Source: Candidatus Dojkabacteria bacterium (GTDB lineage Bacteria; Patescibacteriota; Dojkabacteria; B142; JAFGMG01). Taken from it: DNA of 64,000 nucleotides. Below, piece after piece: positions 1 through 10,400 of the stretch. The notes beneath the pieces were generated by a model that had not been told where the DNA came from, searched no databases, and worked only from the letters and a program-made list of their open reading frames with translations. The stretch spans positions 11,991 through 75,990 of the forward strand of contig JAFGMG010000005.1 of the NCBI GenBank assembly GCA_016927655.1, read 5' to 3'. The stretch's first letter is position 1; each line of letters opens with the position of its first letter. The translations under genes and the position numbers were made by a program.

Positions 1-17
1 CCTATCTATTCTTCTCA

Positions 18-380
18 TTGTTATTTAGTAATCCAATCCCATTTTTTATTAAAATAGTTTCAGTCTTTGGGCTTTCTTATCTTTTTTCGATAATTGCTCT
101 TTGGAATATTGAAATTAAATATTATCAGCGGATTATAGCTTCATTTGGAATCGCTTTGATGATGTGTCTCTGCTCGTTTGTTTTGATCATGTGGCCGGCA
201 GGAAGTGAATATGTAGCGCTTATTCTTTCTCTTCTATTTTATATGGCTCTGGGTCTGGCCCTTGAGATTAGAGAAGTCCTCTCAAAGAGAGTCTGGTTTG
301 AATACTTCTTATTATTTTCTTTAATAGTTTTAATCCTGTTCATAATTTCCGAATGGGGAATAAATGGCAGTCTAATCTAG
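18..380 (+). CDS. hypothetical small integral membrane protein (3-4 predicted TM helices)
   Basis: 120-aa ORF, strongly hydrophobic, no recognisable motifs. Confidence 0.3.
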   Translation: MLFSNPIPFFIKIVSVFGLSYLFSIIALWNIEIKYYQRIIASFGIALMMCLCSFVLIMWPAGSEYVALILSLLFYMALGLALEIREVLSKRVWFEYFLLFSLIVLILFIISEWGINGSLI

Positions 381-640
381 AAAGTTCCCGAATCTTCTGA
401 TAAGAGTAGGGGAGTAGGGGTTTTTGCGTGGAACAAAATCAGCCTATAGTTTTATGATTATGTTACGATTCTTTGTGGATAACTTTGGTTTATTAAAGTG
501 TTATTATCAGGAATAGCAAGGCAGGTGTGATGTGGGTTAGAAGAAGTGTTTTCAATTTGTAGATATCTTCGAGATCTAGGGCTTCGTTCTAAGGGGGTTG
601 CTCTACTATTAAGGTTATGTTAAAGTAGACCTGGCGTTAC

Positions 641-653
641 TGGGTATAATCAC
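641..653 (+). promoter_or_regulatory. extended -10 promoter-like element TGGGTATAATCAC in the 515-nt leader upstream of the recombinase gene
   Basis: TATAAT at 645-650 preceded by TGg; same TGgTATAATCA consensus recurs at 50108-50116, 50541-50559 and 51221-51239. Confidence 0.3.
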
Positions 654-895
654 CCTTATACTCAGTTAGTGATAGAAAGGCACGGAGTAGCGGTGTTTTT
701 GGTTAGGTTTTGTTTATTCTAATTATTATGATGTTTATGTATTTATTATTATTTTATTCAGTAATTTATCTAGGGATTATTTTAAAAAGGGCTCTTTTGT
801 TGATTTGGCGGGGTTCTCTTTTTTAGCCCTCCCCTATTGGAAATCAAGCATAAAGCCAGATATACTGTGTCTGTAGGTTTAAATAGAAAGCAAGA

Positions 896-1987
896 ATGAA
901 ATTGCCGGAATTACCATATAAAAAAGAATTTCTGCTTAGTCTTGTAAATAACAATATGAGCGAGCAGACATTAAAAAACTATAAGAGGGACTTGCTGATC
1001 TTTCAGTTATTTTTAATGAAGGAAAAGAGGTCTTGGAATAATGTAGATAAGCTACTAGTTTTAGAATATAAGGGTTTTTTAAAAAATGGTCAGCATCATA
1101 AGATGATTGATTTGTGGGAGGAGTCAAAAAACGAGAAGAAAAATGACGAATACGCGAAGGAAGGCCCTGGGAAAGCACGACCAGAAGGCATAATAAAAGA
1201 ATCGCGCCCTGGGGGGTCTAGAAGGCGTCCTAACTCAAAAGACGGATTGTCGGCTCGCTCAATCAATAGAATGCTGTCGTCTATAAGAAGTTATATTACA
1301 TTTTTGGTAGATATTGATGTAGATTCTCCGTTACCCTCGAGTTCAATAAAAATGTTGAAAACAACTAAACGTGAATCTCAAGTTGCCGAATTTGCCGAAA
1401 TTGTAAAGCTGATAGAATTTCCAGAGACTTTTGAAAAGAAACGGAAGGTAAAATATAGGAATCGTGCAATTTTGGAGCTGCTATTTTCAACAGGTATGCG
1501 TATAAGTGAGCTTGTAAACCTTGACCGGGATCAAGTTTCGCTATCTGGGGAAGCGGGTGATATTGAATCAAAAATTTACGTCCTGGGCAAGGGCAAAAAG
1601 CAGCGATTTGTTTATTTGACAGATAGGTGTACTAGCTATCTGAAACGCTATCTGGAGACCCGTAAAGACGATTTTTCTGCACTTTTTATACCGTATCGAG
1701 GCGTAAGGAGAACCAGTGCGGATGAGGATGAGATTCGTATTTCCCAGAATTATGTTCAAGCTATGATGAAAAAGTACCGGAAGCTGCTTGGGATAGTGAT
1801 TCCGACCACGCCGCATAGTCTCAGGCACGGATTTGCAACTTATCTGGCGGAGCAGGGGGCGAATCCAGCTGCTATTCAGCACCTTCTCGGTCATGAATCA
1901 CTTCAGACAACGACGAGATATGTGCATTCATCAGACAAATTTGCCGAAAAAACGCATAGAAAATACCATCCGTTGAAAAATGATTAG
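896..1987 (+). CDS. tyrosine site-specific recombinase, XerC/XerD (phage integrase) family
   Basis: C-terminal catalytic motifs ELLFSTGMRISEL (Arg), HSLRHGFATYL (His-x-x-Arg), LLGHESLQTTTRYVH (catalytic Tyr); N-terminal SAM-like domain. Unusual ~55-aa Lys/Glu/Arg-rich low-complexity insertion (NEKKNDEYAKEGPGKARPEG..RRRPNSKDG) between the two domains. Confidence 0.8.
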   Translation: MKLPELPYKKEFLLSLVNNNMSEQTLKNYKRDLLIFQLFLMKEKRSWNNVDKLLVLEYKGFLKNGQHHKMIDLWEESKNEKKNDEYAKEGPGKARPEGIIKESRPGGSRRRPNSKDGLSARSINRMLSSIRSYITFLVDIDVDSPLPSSSIKMLKTTKRESQVAEFAEIVKLIEFPETFEKKRKVKYRNRAILELLFSTGMRISELVNLDRDQVSLSGEAGDIESKIYVLGKGKKQRFVYLTDRCTSYLKRYLETRKDDFSALFIPYRGVRRTSADEDEIRISQNYVQAMMKKYRKLLGIVIPTTPHSLRHGFATYLAEQGANPAAIQHLLGHESLQTTTRYVHSSDKFAEKTHRKYHPLKND

Positions 1988-2017
1988 ACTACTCTGCTCC
2001 ATCCTGCTACAATAAAT

Positions 2018-2539
2018 TTGTCTATTTCAATTATTAGATTTATATATATGGATCCTAATATTCAGCAACCTGGTATATATAATGATCAAGTTCGAAAACA
2101 CAATGGATTCTTGGGCAAGCTGATGTATTTTGTCTTCTTTTTGATTGTAATTAGTCTGTCGGTTGGTGTTGGATACTTGTATTTTGAATATCGCGAAAGT
2201 CAAAAAGAACTCGAGAAACTTAAGGATCCAGGTTATTACTCGCAGATACAAGATACTCTTGCAAATGCAACGGTCGAAAAGCTTGCAACAGTTATGGTTC
2301 TACCACAGAATGAAAATCCGACTATTGCAACTATTGTCAAGGCTGAGGATCTTATAAAGGAAAATCCCGAGTTTTATGCGGATATCCAGAATGGAGACCA
2401 GATAATAATGTATTCAAATAGATTGATAGTATTTCGGGAATCTGAAAATAAAATCGTAAATGCCAGTTATTTTCCAGCAGGGTCACTCGATCAGTCAACT
2501 TCGACTGGTTCAGAACAAACAACAAATACTAGTGAATAA
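2018..2539 (+). CDS. hypothetical membrane-anchored protein (single N-terminal TM, probable real start MDPNIQQ ~2048)
   Basis: ORF with one hydrophobic helix followed by a soluble domain; no motifs. Confidence 0.35.
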   Translation: MSISIIRFIYMDPNIQQPGIYNDQVRKHNGFLGKLMYFVFFLIVISLSVGVGYLYFEYRESQKELEKLKDPGYYSQIQDTLANATVEKLATVMVLPQNENPTIATIVKAEDLIKENPEFYADIQNGDQIIMYSNRLIVFRESENKIVNASYFPAGSLDQSTSTGSEQTTNTSE

Positions 2540-2553
2540 CTAAAAAAGAAGGG

Positions 2554-5500
2554 TTACCAAGTTGCAATTCCACTTCGCTTCCAGGTATCAGTAGCTGTGC
2601 AAACATATATAAAATTATCATCCCATGATATCTCTCCTTGATCGCAAGTGTCAGATGCACTTGCCGGAGTTTTTCCAGTTCGAATTCTGATGCTGTCGGA
2701 GTTTATATCTAGAAGCTCTGTTGGAGCAATTGTTCCTATACCAACTCTTGTGTTCAGGGTGTCTAGTGAAATTAAATTAGTTTCAAATGATAATGCATTG
2801 ACGGTGGAATTAATAAGATCAATGTCAGTGGCAGCACCAGCTAAAAAAATTGCTCCACCGTCAATCTCTAAATCATCAGCAATATAAATATCCCCTGTCC
2901 CATCTAAACTGGTAATACCAGTATAATCACCAATAGACAGTATTCCGTTAACAGGACTGGTTATCTGAGTATTTGTTCCACTATTTGTGATATTATTTGT
3001 ATTATTGTAAAGCAAGTTTCCAATAAGAGAATTGTCTGTAGCACCAGCAGTTATTGATATTCCAGTATCTCCTCCTCCAGTAAATCCTGTAATAATATTA
3101 TTGTTAACGATGTTGTAGTCGGCAGTAGAGCCCAAACTAATTCCAGTGTTCGCTGTCCCATCATCCTGGATTGTGTTTCCATTTATTGTGTTGTAGTCTC
3201 CGGAGATCGAAAATCCTGTACCTCCTGGTGTTCTGATAGTGTTTCCACTTATTGTTGAATAAGTGGTTAAAGATAAATCAAAGGCAATTCCACACTCCAG
3301 GGTTGTATTTCCGGAAAATACATTGTTGTAGCCTTGTCCTTGAAAACACCTTGTTGTATCGTAGGCGTAATTATTAATCACGCGATTGTTATATGTGGAT
3401 CCATCAAGCATTATGCCAACTGAGTCGTTATTGATTGCATCAATATTTTCTATCGTATTATAACTTGAACTAACTAAATTAATTCCCTGAGTATCCGAAT
3501 CTTGAAGTGTAAGATTTTGGAATGCCGAGTTAATAACTGCAGAGCCATATATTAACGTATTGGATGAATTGCCGCCGTCTGCCTGTCCCAGAATTTTTAA
3601 GTCAGTAATAGTTAGATAGTCTTTCCCGTTTAATTGAATAATATAGCCAAAAGTCTGTCCGGCCGATGCATCAATTACAGTAGCAGTTTTCCCGGCTCCC
3701 CTTATAGTTGTATTATTGTAGTCAATTGTAATTGTTTCGGTACATGTGTAGGTACCCTCTGGTAAATAGATTTCTCCTCCAGTGCTGCCCAAATCGTCAA
3801 TCGCATCATTAATCCCTGCGCAGGTTTGGGCATATCTAATCCCATCCACGACTATCACTTTGTTGATTTTGCTAGCCTTGATCTCTCCATTTACATCAAG
3901 AGTGCTTTGTGGATCGACTGTTCCAATCCCAACATAACCGCTGGTTAGTATGCTCAAGAATGGATTTGTGCCTGGATTCGCTCCATCTCCAATTTGAAAT
4001 ACATCATCATCATCTCCACCGGCATCTTCTTGAACTCCAAGCCAGAAGTCGGTATCTGTCGCAGTTAGGCTATCAAAGACAATGCTTGGATCTGCCTTGT
4101 ATATAGTTGAATTTCCGGCTTGTGTAATTGAACTTCCAAAATATGACGCGTCTTCGACATTTAAACCATAATCCCAATTTGTTCCGGCAATATAAATACC
4201 GTACTGAGTGCCCCCTGCTCCGCCCGATGAAAAATCATTTACATAAATTCCGAATAAATCGCTGGTGTTATCATCTGTTAAATTATCGAAGTCTAGGCTG
4301 ATACCTTTTATTGCGGCTTCTTGAACTTCTGGTGCCGACCAATTTATGTCAAGCACATTCCCGCTAACTTGTAGACTTGAAATGTCAAGAGCATTTGCAG
4401 TTGCATTTGCTGCTTGGACTATCTGAAGACCGATTTGGTCCAGATCTTGCTGGTCAATTAATAACCCAGTAACCGCGTCTGTTGAGCCGATTTCAACTTC
4501 AAGTTTCGCTCCGGGATTTGTGGTTCCGATGCCGACATTGCCATTTGCCTGTATTTTGATTCCATCTGCTCCTCCGCCTGTGAGCTGGCCGTTTGCAATT
4601 ATATCTCCAGATTGAGATTCTACCAGTGAGAAAGTGTCAATTCTGAAACTCCCTGCGGTTGAACTCGCATAAATAACAAAATCTCCTGGTGCTGCATTGG
4701 ATTTAAATACAACATCATAAGTACCTGCAGTTGCGGAGATCCCGGGCAGATAAATAGTTTTATCTGCAAATTCAGTTCCGATATAGGCACTGCAGCCGGC
4801 AACTACACTTGATGTTGTGTATGTGAATCTGTACATCCTATTAGCTGCAGCAGGTGTTGCGAAACTGCCGGAACTTTGAGTCAGTATTCCTGTTCCTGGT
4901 CCTGCTGAATGTGCATAATTAGCTCTGTCTGTTGATAAAGTAAAACCTGGTGTGGCTGACCAGGAAGTACCCCCGGTTAAATCTCCATTTGTAAGAGTTT
5001 CTGAACCAAACGTGTTCCCCATCACATCAAGAGTGCCTTCAGAATTCAAGGCCATCATCTGCTGGAAACCTGTATCAGTGACAGTGTTATATCCATATCC
5101 CCATACGAGCTTGCTTGTACCAGTGGTTCCTGAGATTGGTATTACCTCATTTTTCCAATTTACGGTTTGCGAGGCTCCTAAGGTAGCATCCCAAACAGTA
5201 CCTGAGAGTCTAAGTCTAGGTGAATTTTGTATAGGAACAGCCGCAGTTGATGCCGTTGTGTTTCTTGAGACTAGGCCGTCTGTAGACACAAATGCAATAC
5301 CACTCCTACTAACTGTGACCGCGCTGCTGAATGTCCCTGTAGTTGCTCCAGAAAGTGCTCCATTCATCGCTATTGCTCCGCTTGCAGTGATAGCTCCTGT
5401 GGATACATTTCCCATTCTTATATACCCATTCCCATCGATATTGAAAATACTCGTATCTCCTGGATTTGGGGCAAAATTAACAACATCACTGGTGTTTGTT

Positions 5501-6855
5501 ACATCGGGAATAATCAGGTAAGTTGTTGCATCGGGACTTGAAGAAGTCGAGGATCCGAGTCTAACCCAATAAGCACTGACTCCGTTGACAGTATCTGTAG
5601 CCCAGTCCACCGGTGGTGTGAATGACATTGTGCCGTCTTGTGTAAGGCCCAGTGTACCATCACTTACTGTCAGTGTTCCCCAGCTCCCTCCTCCTTGAGA
5701 GTAGTCTACCTGCAGTGTCAAATTAACAGGAACATTTCCCATATCGAAGTAAATATTTGAAAAAGTTGAATTCTTTCCTAAGAATACTTTATACGCAGTT
5801 GTATTTATTATTGTCCTCGCTGTGCCTTGTGATTCAGCGACTTCTGCAGTTATATCAGTGTATACAGAACCGGAATATATAAACGCTGAATCAAATGCTG
5901 CACTGTTACCGATGACTCTAAGGGCTGCATTTGTAGTCAAGCTTCCATTGATACTTAGATCGCCAGTGATCGGCCCATTAGAAGCGTCAAGTTTGAGATA
6001 CGTGCTATCGGCAACACCACCTGTAACATATCCTGCTAGGGAATGATTACCCCAGCCATAAGCTGTGTCCCAGTTTGATATATCAACCGCCCCTATTCCA
6101 AATGCATCAGAGGCAGTAAATATTGGATCAGTTTCAGTAAAACTGGTCAAAAATCCTATATCATTGTTTAGATCGCTGGCATTCCTGGTATCCAGATCAG
6201 CAAGAGAAGATCCGGCTTTACTGACCTTGCTCCAGGCAATAGCAGCAGAAGCAGATATGTCCTCGTTTAGAATAGAGTTATTTATAATATGCGTGGAATT
6301 TACACTATCTGCAGACAGGTCAATAGTAATAACTTGTGTCACCTCGGTTGTTTCATATGTCTCATTTGTAATGTTGTTTATAGTATCTCCTGAAAGGTTC
6401 AGCTTATTCAATTCAATACTAATCAAAGATGCCACAATATTTTTAATATCTCCTGCATAATTGTTGATATCAAAAGCATCGGGATCTTTGATCTCAGCTT
6501 CAAGGATTTCCCCGTTTTCAAGCTCGATGTAGAATTTACCAATCGGCTGGCCCTCTTTCGTACTGCCTTTAAGAACCCTGGCCTGGGCAGTGCTCCCGTC
6601 AGAAAGGGTATATTCAACAGTAGTAAAAACATCATCAGCCAGCTTATCATGAGTAATTGATTCAGCATAGACATTCCCCATCTTCACGGATTCAATTTCG
6701 TTACGGAGATTGTTATTAAGAAGAGCAAAAATAACTACTACGCTTAGCAGACAGCCTGCCAAAAAGGCAAAGCTAGAGTTTGTTTTTTTGTCTAAGGCAG
6801 CAATATTTATCATAGCATCAAGGGGGTGCAAATATCCCTTATGATAATATAGCAA
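2554..6855 (-). CDS. giant (about 1420 aa) cell-surface protein with right-handed parallel beta-helix (pectate-lyase/tailspike-like) repeats; probable start at MINIAALDKK (~6813)
   Basis: N-terminal TM/signal anchor, long Thr/Ser/Gly/Asn-rich repetitive body, beta-helix repeat signatures (NNTTIRGAGKTATVIDASAG, ITGFTGGGDTGISITAGATDNSLIGN, NNRVINN), Cys-containing C-terminal tail CDQGEISWDDNFIYVCTATDTWKR. Confidence 0.55.
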   Translation of the reverse strand: MLYYHKGYLHPLDAMINIAALDKKTNSSFAFLAGCLLSVVVIFALLNNNLRNEIESVKMGNVYAESITHDKLADDVFTTVEYTLSDGSTAQARVLKGSTKEGQPIGKFYIELENGEILEAEIKDPDAFDINNYAGDIKNIVASLISIELNKLNLSGDTINNITNETYETTEVTQVITIDLSADSVNSTHIINNSILNEDISASAAIAWSKVSKAGSSLADLDTRNASDLNNDIGFLTSFTETDPIFTASDAFGIGAVDISNWDTAYGWGNHSLAGYVTGGVADSTYLKLDASNGPITGDLSINGSLTTNAALRVIGNSAAFDSAFIYSGSVYTDITAEVAESQGTARTIINTTAYKVFLGKNSTFSNIYFDMGNVPVNLTLQVDYSQGGGSWGTLTVSDGTLGLTQDGTMSFTPPVDWATDTVNGVSAYWVRLGSSTSSSPDATTYLIIPDVTNTSDVVNFAPNPGDTSIFNIDGNGYIRMGNVSTGAITASGAIAMNGALSGATTGTFSSAVTVSRSGIAFVSTDGLVSRNTTASTAAVPIQNSPRLRLSGTVWDATLGASQTVNWKNEVIPISGTTGTSKLVWGYGYNTVTDTGFQQMMALNSEGTLDVMGNTFGSETLTNGDLTGGTSWSATPGFTLSTDRANYAHSAGPGTGILTQSSGSFATPAAANRMYRFTYTTSSVVAGCSAYIGTEFADKTIYLPGISATAGTYDVVFKSNAAPGDFVIYASSTAGSFRIDTFSLVESQSGDIIANGQLTGGGADGIKIQANGNVGIGTTNPGAKLEVEIGSTDAVTGLLIDQQDLDQIGLQIVQAANATANALDISSLQVSGNVLDINWSAPEVQEAAIKGISLDFDNLTDDNTSDLFGIYVNDFSSGGAGGTQYGIYIAGTNWDYGLNVEDASYFGSSITQAGNSTIYKADPSIVFDSLTATDTDFWLGVQEDAGGDDDDVFQIGDGANPGTNPFLSILTSGYVGIGTVDPQSTLDVNGEIKASKINKVIVVDGIRYAQTCAGINDAIDDLGSTGGEIYLPEGTYTCTETITIDYNNTTIRGAGKTATVIDASAGQTFGYIIQLNGKDYLTITDLKILGQADGGNSSNTLIYGSAVINSAFQNLTLQDSDTQGINLVSSSYNTIENIDAINNDSVGIMLDGSTYNNRVINNYAYDTTRCFQGQGYNNVFSGNTTLECGIAFDLSLTTYSTISGNTIRTPGGTGFSISGDYNTINGNTIQDDGTANTGISLGSTADYNIVNNNIITGFTGGGDTGISITAGATDNSLIGNLLYNNTNNITNSGTNTQITSPVNGILSIGDYTGITSLDGTGDIYIADDLEIDGGAIFLAGAATDIDLINSTVNALSFETNLISLDTLNTRVGIGTIAPTELLDINSDSIRIRTGKTPASASDTCDQGEISWDDNFIYVCTATDTWKRSGIATW

Positions 6856-6892
6856 AGATTTGCTACGGTGGAAAGTATTTTCTAAGAAATTC

Positions 6893-9517
6893 CTAGATTA
6901 TTGCAATAGCAGCGATTTTGTCTCCCTTTGGTACGTTCATGAGTTTGACTCCGGCAGTTTGTCTGTTTCTTTTTGGGAGTTCTTTTGTGGGAATTTTCAC
7001 TGCCTGACCGGATTCGGACATTATAAGAAGTTCCATATCAGGGTGATCTAGTATTCTTGCGGCAGAAAGAGCTCCAGTTTTATCATTAACCCTTGCTGCG
7101 TATATTCCCTGTCCTCCCCTGCCTTGGATACCATATTGATCAAGAGTTGTGATTTTCCCGAAGCCGTTTTCTGATACTGTCAGCATAAAATCCTCTGTTT
7201 TTCTGATCACGTCCATTGAAATCACCTCATCAGCAGCGTCTTTCATCTTTATCCCTCGAACTCCCATTGTCGCTCTCCCAGTTTCTCTTACATCTTTTTC
7301 GTGGAAATGAATAGACCTTGCATTCTTAGTTACTAATACAATCTCGCTATTTCCCGTAGTTGGCTTTACCCAGACTAGATCGTCATCATCATTGAGCTTG
7401 ATTGCAATCAAGCCGTTGCTTTTAATATTTGAGAAGTCTTCAAGAGATGACTTTTTGACAGTTCCCTTCTTGGTTGCAAAAAACAAGAATTTATAATCTT
7501 TGGCTACTTTTTCTTCGGCTGCTATATCTTCTTGGAGTGTATCTTCATCCAAGATTTTCCCTTCCTTGCTTTTAGTCAAAATACTTGTGACAAGTTCATC
7601 CTGCTCAATATTGATCAGATTGATTACCGGCTGGCCTTTTGCGGACCTGCTGTATTCCGGGATCTCATAAACTTTCTGCAAGAAGACCCGCCCTTTATTG
7701 GTGAAAAACATAATATCATCGTGAGTAGAACAGCTGAAAACATGTGCAACAGAATCTCCATCTTTGGTAGCCATGCCTTTTTTGCCTTTACCACCTCTGT
7801 GCTGTCTTTCATAAGTTGCATCCTGCATCCGCTTTATATATCCTTGCTCGCTGACAGTCACTAGTACCTCTTCTTTAGCGACTAGATCCTCTTCTGAGAA
7901 TTCATCGACCTTTCCTTTGACAACTTTTGAGCGTCTCTCATCGCCGAATTTTTCTGTAATTTCTTTGAGCTCTTCTAGGATAATCTCGAGAACTTTTTCT
8001 GGTGTTTCAATAATTGCGACTAAATCTTTGATAATTGCTTTTATTGCTTTGTATTCGTCCTCGATCTTCTGCCTCTCAAGTGCAGCAAGCTTTCGAAGCT
8101 GCATATCAAGAATTGCGATTGCCTGTCTTTCTGAAAGCTTGAATTTCTTCATCAGTGCGTCTCTTGCAACATCGGCGTCCTTGCTTTCTCTTATTGTTTT
8201 GATCACTTCGTCAAGATTGTCTAAAGCGATCATCAAACCTTCAAGTATATGTTCTCTTTCACGAGCTTTAGCAAGTCTGAATTCTGTTCGTCTAATTACA
8301 ATCTCCTGTCTGAATTGGATAAACAGTTCCAGGATTTCTTTGAGGGTCAATAATTGCGGTTCGCCGTCTACAAGTGCAATCATATTCGCATTAAATGCCT
8401 TCTGCATTTCGGTAAACTTGTACAATTTATTCAGAATTGTCTTTGGTTTGCCGTCTCTTTTAATATCTACAACAATTCTCATCCCTTCCCTACTTGATTC
8501 GTCCCTTAAATCGGCAATACCTTTTATCTTTTTGTCTTTTACCAGACTGGCAATTTTCTGGACAAGCCGTGCTTTATTTACCTGATATGGAATTTCGGTA
8601 ACCACAATTTTATATTTGCCGCCCTTTGACTCTTCGATATTTGCTATTGCCCGTGTGACTATCCTTCCTCTTCCAGATGCGTATGCATTTTGGATCTCTT
8701 TCTGGTCATAGATAGTACCGCCAGTTGGGAAATCCGGACCTGGGATAATTTTGATCAAATCCTCTACTCCAAGATCAGTGCTGAATTTTGGAAATCTCTT
8801 TGGGTCAAGTTTTTCCAGGTCTTCTATTGTTAAAATATTCTTGTGATAATCAAGAGGAAGGCTCTCATTGTCTGATTTGTTGCCGTTTTTGATTATTTCT
8901 TTGATTGCTGCACCGACTTCTTTGAGATTGTGCGGCGGGATTTTTGTAGCCATTCCGACTGCGATTCCATCAGCGCCATTTAGTAGTAGTGTAGGTATTT
9001 TTGAAGGCAGAATTGTAGGCTCCTGGGTGCTTCCGTCATAGTTTGCTGCATAATTAACAGTATTTTCATTTAATTCCTCAAGAATGCTCATTGAGATTTT
9101 CTCTAGTCTTGACTCGGTATATCTCATTGCAGCAGCGCTGTCTCCGTCAATCGATCCAAAGTTCCCCTGCCCCTCGACAAGCTTGTATCTCATATTGAAA
9201 TCCTGAGCCATCCTAACCATAGCGTCATAAACTGCCACATCTCCATGAGGGTGGTACTTTGCGATTACATCTCCAACAGTTCTCGCGGATTTTTTGTAAG
9301 CTTTGCTTGGGATGATTCCAAGTTTGTACATTGAGTACAGAATTCTTCTTTGCACTGGCTTAAGGCCGTCTCGGACATCAGGCAGAGCCCTTGCTACGAT
9401 TACGCTCATAGCATAGTTGATATAGCTGGTTTTCATCTCCTCGACAATACTTCTATCGCGCACTCTTGAGAGTCGCTCTTCTTTTGATTTATCGTCTATT
9501 GTCAGTTGGTCATCCAT
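6893..9517 (-). CDS. gyrA: DNA gyrase subunit A
   Basis: N-terminal [26 protein letters not shown], active-site region, C-terminal beta-pinwheel repeats; 874 aa. Confidence 0.95.
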   Translation of the reverse strand: MDDQLTIDDKSKEERLSRVRDRSIVEEMKTSYINYAMSVIVARALPDVRDGLKPVQRRILYSMYKLGIIPSKAYKKSARTVGDVIAKYHPHGDVAVYDAMVRMAQDFNMRYKLVEGQGNFGSIDGDSAAAMRYTESRLEKISMSILEELNENTVNYAANYDGSTQEPTILPSKIPTLLLNGADGIAVGMATKIPPHNLKEVGAAIKEIIKNGNKSDNESLPLDYHKNILTIEDLEKLDPKRFPKFSTDLGVEDLIKIIPGPDFPTGGTIYDQKEIQNAYASGRGRIVTRAIANIEESKGGKYKIVVTEIPYQVNKARLVQKIASLVKDKKIKGIADLRDESSREGMRIVVDIKRDGKPKTILNKLYKFTEMQKAFNANMIALVDGEPQLLTLKEILELFIQFRQEIVIRRTEFRLAKAREREHILEGLMIALDNLDEVIKTIRESKDADVARDALMKKFKLSERQAIAILDMQLRKLAALERQKIEDEYKAIKAIIKDLVAIIETPEKVLEIILEELKEITEKFGDERRSKVVKGKVDEFSEEDLVAKEEVLVTVSEQGYIKRMQDATYERQHRGGKGKKGMATKDGDSVAHVFSCSTHDDIMFFTNKGRVFLQKVYEIPEYSRSAKGQPVINLINIEQDELVTSILTKSKEGKILDEDTLQEDIAAEEKVAKDYKFLFFATKKGTVKKSSLEDFSNIKSNGLIAIKLNDDDDLVWVKPTTGNSEIVLVTKNARSIHFHEKDVRETGRATMGVRGIKMKDAADEVISMDVIRKTEDFMLTVSENGFGKITTLDQYGIQGRGGQGIYAARVNDKTGALSAARILDHPDMELLIMSESGQAVKIPTKELPKRNRQTAGVKLMNVPKGDKIAAIAII

Positions 9518-9527
9518 AGTTTGTTTA

Positions 9528-10400
9528 TTAAGCCATTAATTCAACGAATAGTCCTAAAAATGTAAATCCAATTATGCAAATTGTGATCAATATCCCAATA
9601 AGACATCCGATTGGATTGCCTGGATTTGTCTGTGCAGGATAGGATCCGGAATGATTTGGAATAGCCTTTTTCCTGGTTTGCAGCCAGACTTTTCCCGGGC
9701 CTCTTAGCACTCCTAAAAATATTCCTTCGCCGCCAAAGATCCAGTTAAAAAGTCCTCCGCCTACAGTTTTTATATCAAAATCAACGCTTGATTCATATGC
9801 AAGAAGATTGCCCTGATCGACGTTTAGCTCTTGTCCTTCTTTTAATTCATACATTACGACCTCGCCGTCTGCTATCAAATGGGCTTTCCCGCTACTCTGG
9901 CCTGGTTTTAGACCTACTTTTTGCAAAATAAATCCAATTCCGCCAAAAAGACCGGCACTAAGGCGTTTTGTGAAAGCGATTTTTAAATCTATTGAGTTTT
10001 CGGCACATAAAAATGCGCCTCTTTGAAAAATTACTTCTTTTCTCTTTGAGCCAAGTTCAATCGGCACTACTTTGCCTGCTTGATCTGTTGAAAATGTGAC
10101 AATTCCCGGGTTATTATTGGCCTGGAACTCATTGATAAATAACGTCTCTCCGGTAATTATCCGCGAGAACATTTTTGAAACTCCTCTGCCCTTGGTTTTC
10201 ATTTCGACATTCTGGGTCATCCAGCACATTTTCCCAGCTTCTGAATATATAATTTCCCCCTCATCGAGCTGGACATTGAGAGCCTGCAGGATTGAGCCTA
10301 TTGTGTCATAGCTGATCCCCGCTGTCCCGGCTTCTTTCTGATCTAGTATTTCTGACTCTTTTATACTCTCGATTTTTTCTGCTTGTTTGATTTTAGACAT
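9528..10400 (-). CDS. AIM24/DUF124 (TIGR00266) family protein with C-terminal hydrophobic tail
   Basis: Gly-rich beta-rich core ([42 protein letters not shown]) typical of DUF124; sits between gyrB and gyrA, overlapping the gyrB stop by 8 nt. Confidence 0.5.
   Translation of the reverse strand: MSKIKQAEKIESIKESEILDQKEAGTAGISYDTIGSILQALNVQLDEGEIIYSEAGKMCWMTQNVEMKTKGRGVSKMFSRIITGETLFINEFQANNNPGIVTFSTDQAGKVVPIELGSKRKEVIFQRGAFLCAENSIDLKIAFTKRLSAGLFGGIGFILQKVGLKPGQSSGKAHLIADGEVVMYELKEGQELNVDQGNLLAYESSVDFDIKTVGGGLFNWIFGGEGIFLGVLRGPGKVWLQTRKKAIPNHSGSYPAQTNPGNPIGCLIGILITICIIGFTFLGLFVELMA

Noticed and set aside
896-1987. Integrase as marker of a prophage at the window start
   Set aside because: No phage structural, terminase or repressor genes nearby. 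The gene looks like a chromosomal Xer-type recombinase, albeit with an unusual insertion.
7917-8585. 222-aa + strand ORF inside gyrA (also 7532-7864, 7624-7821)
   Set aside because: Antisense to a confidently identified gyrA; low-complexity Ser/Ile/Leu-rich translation typical of spurious frames in AT-rich DNA.
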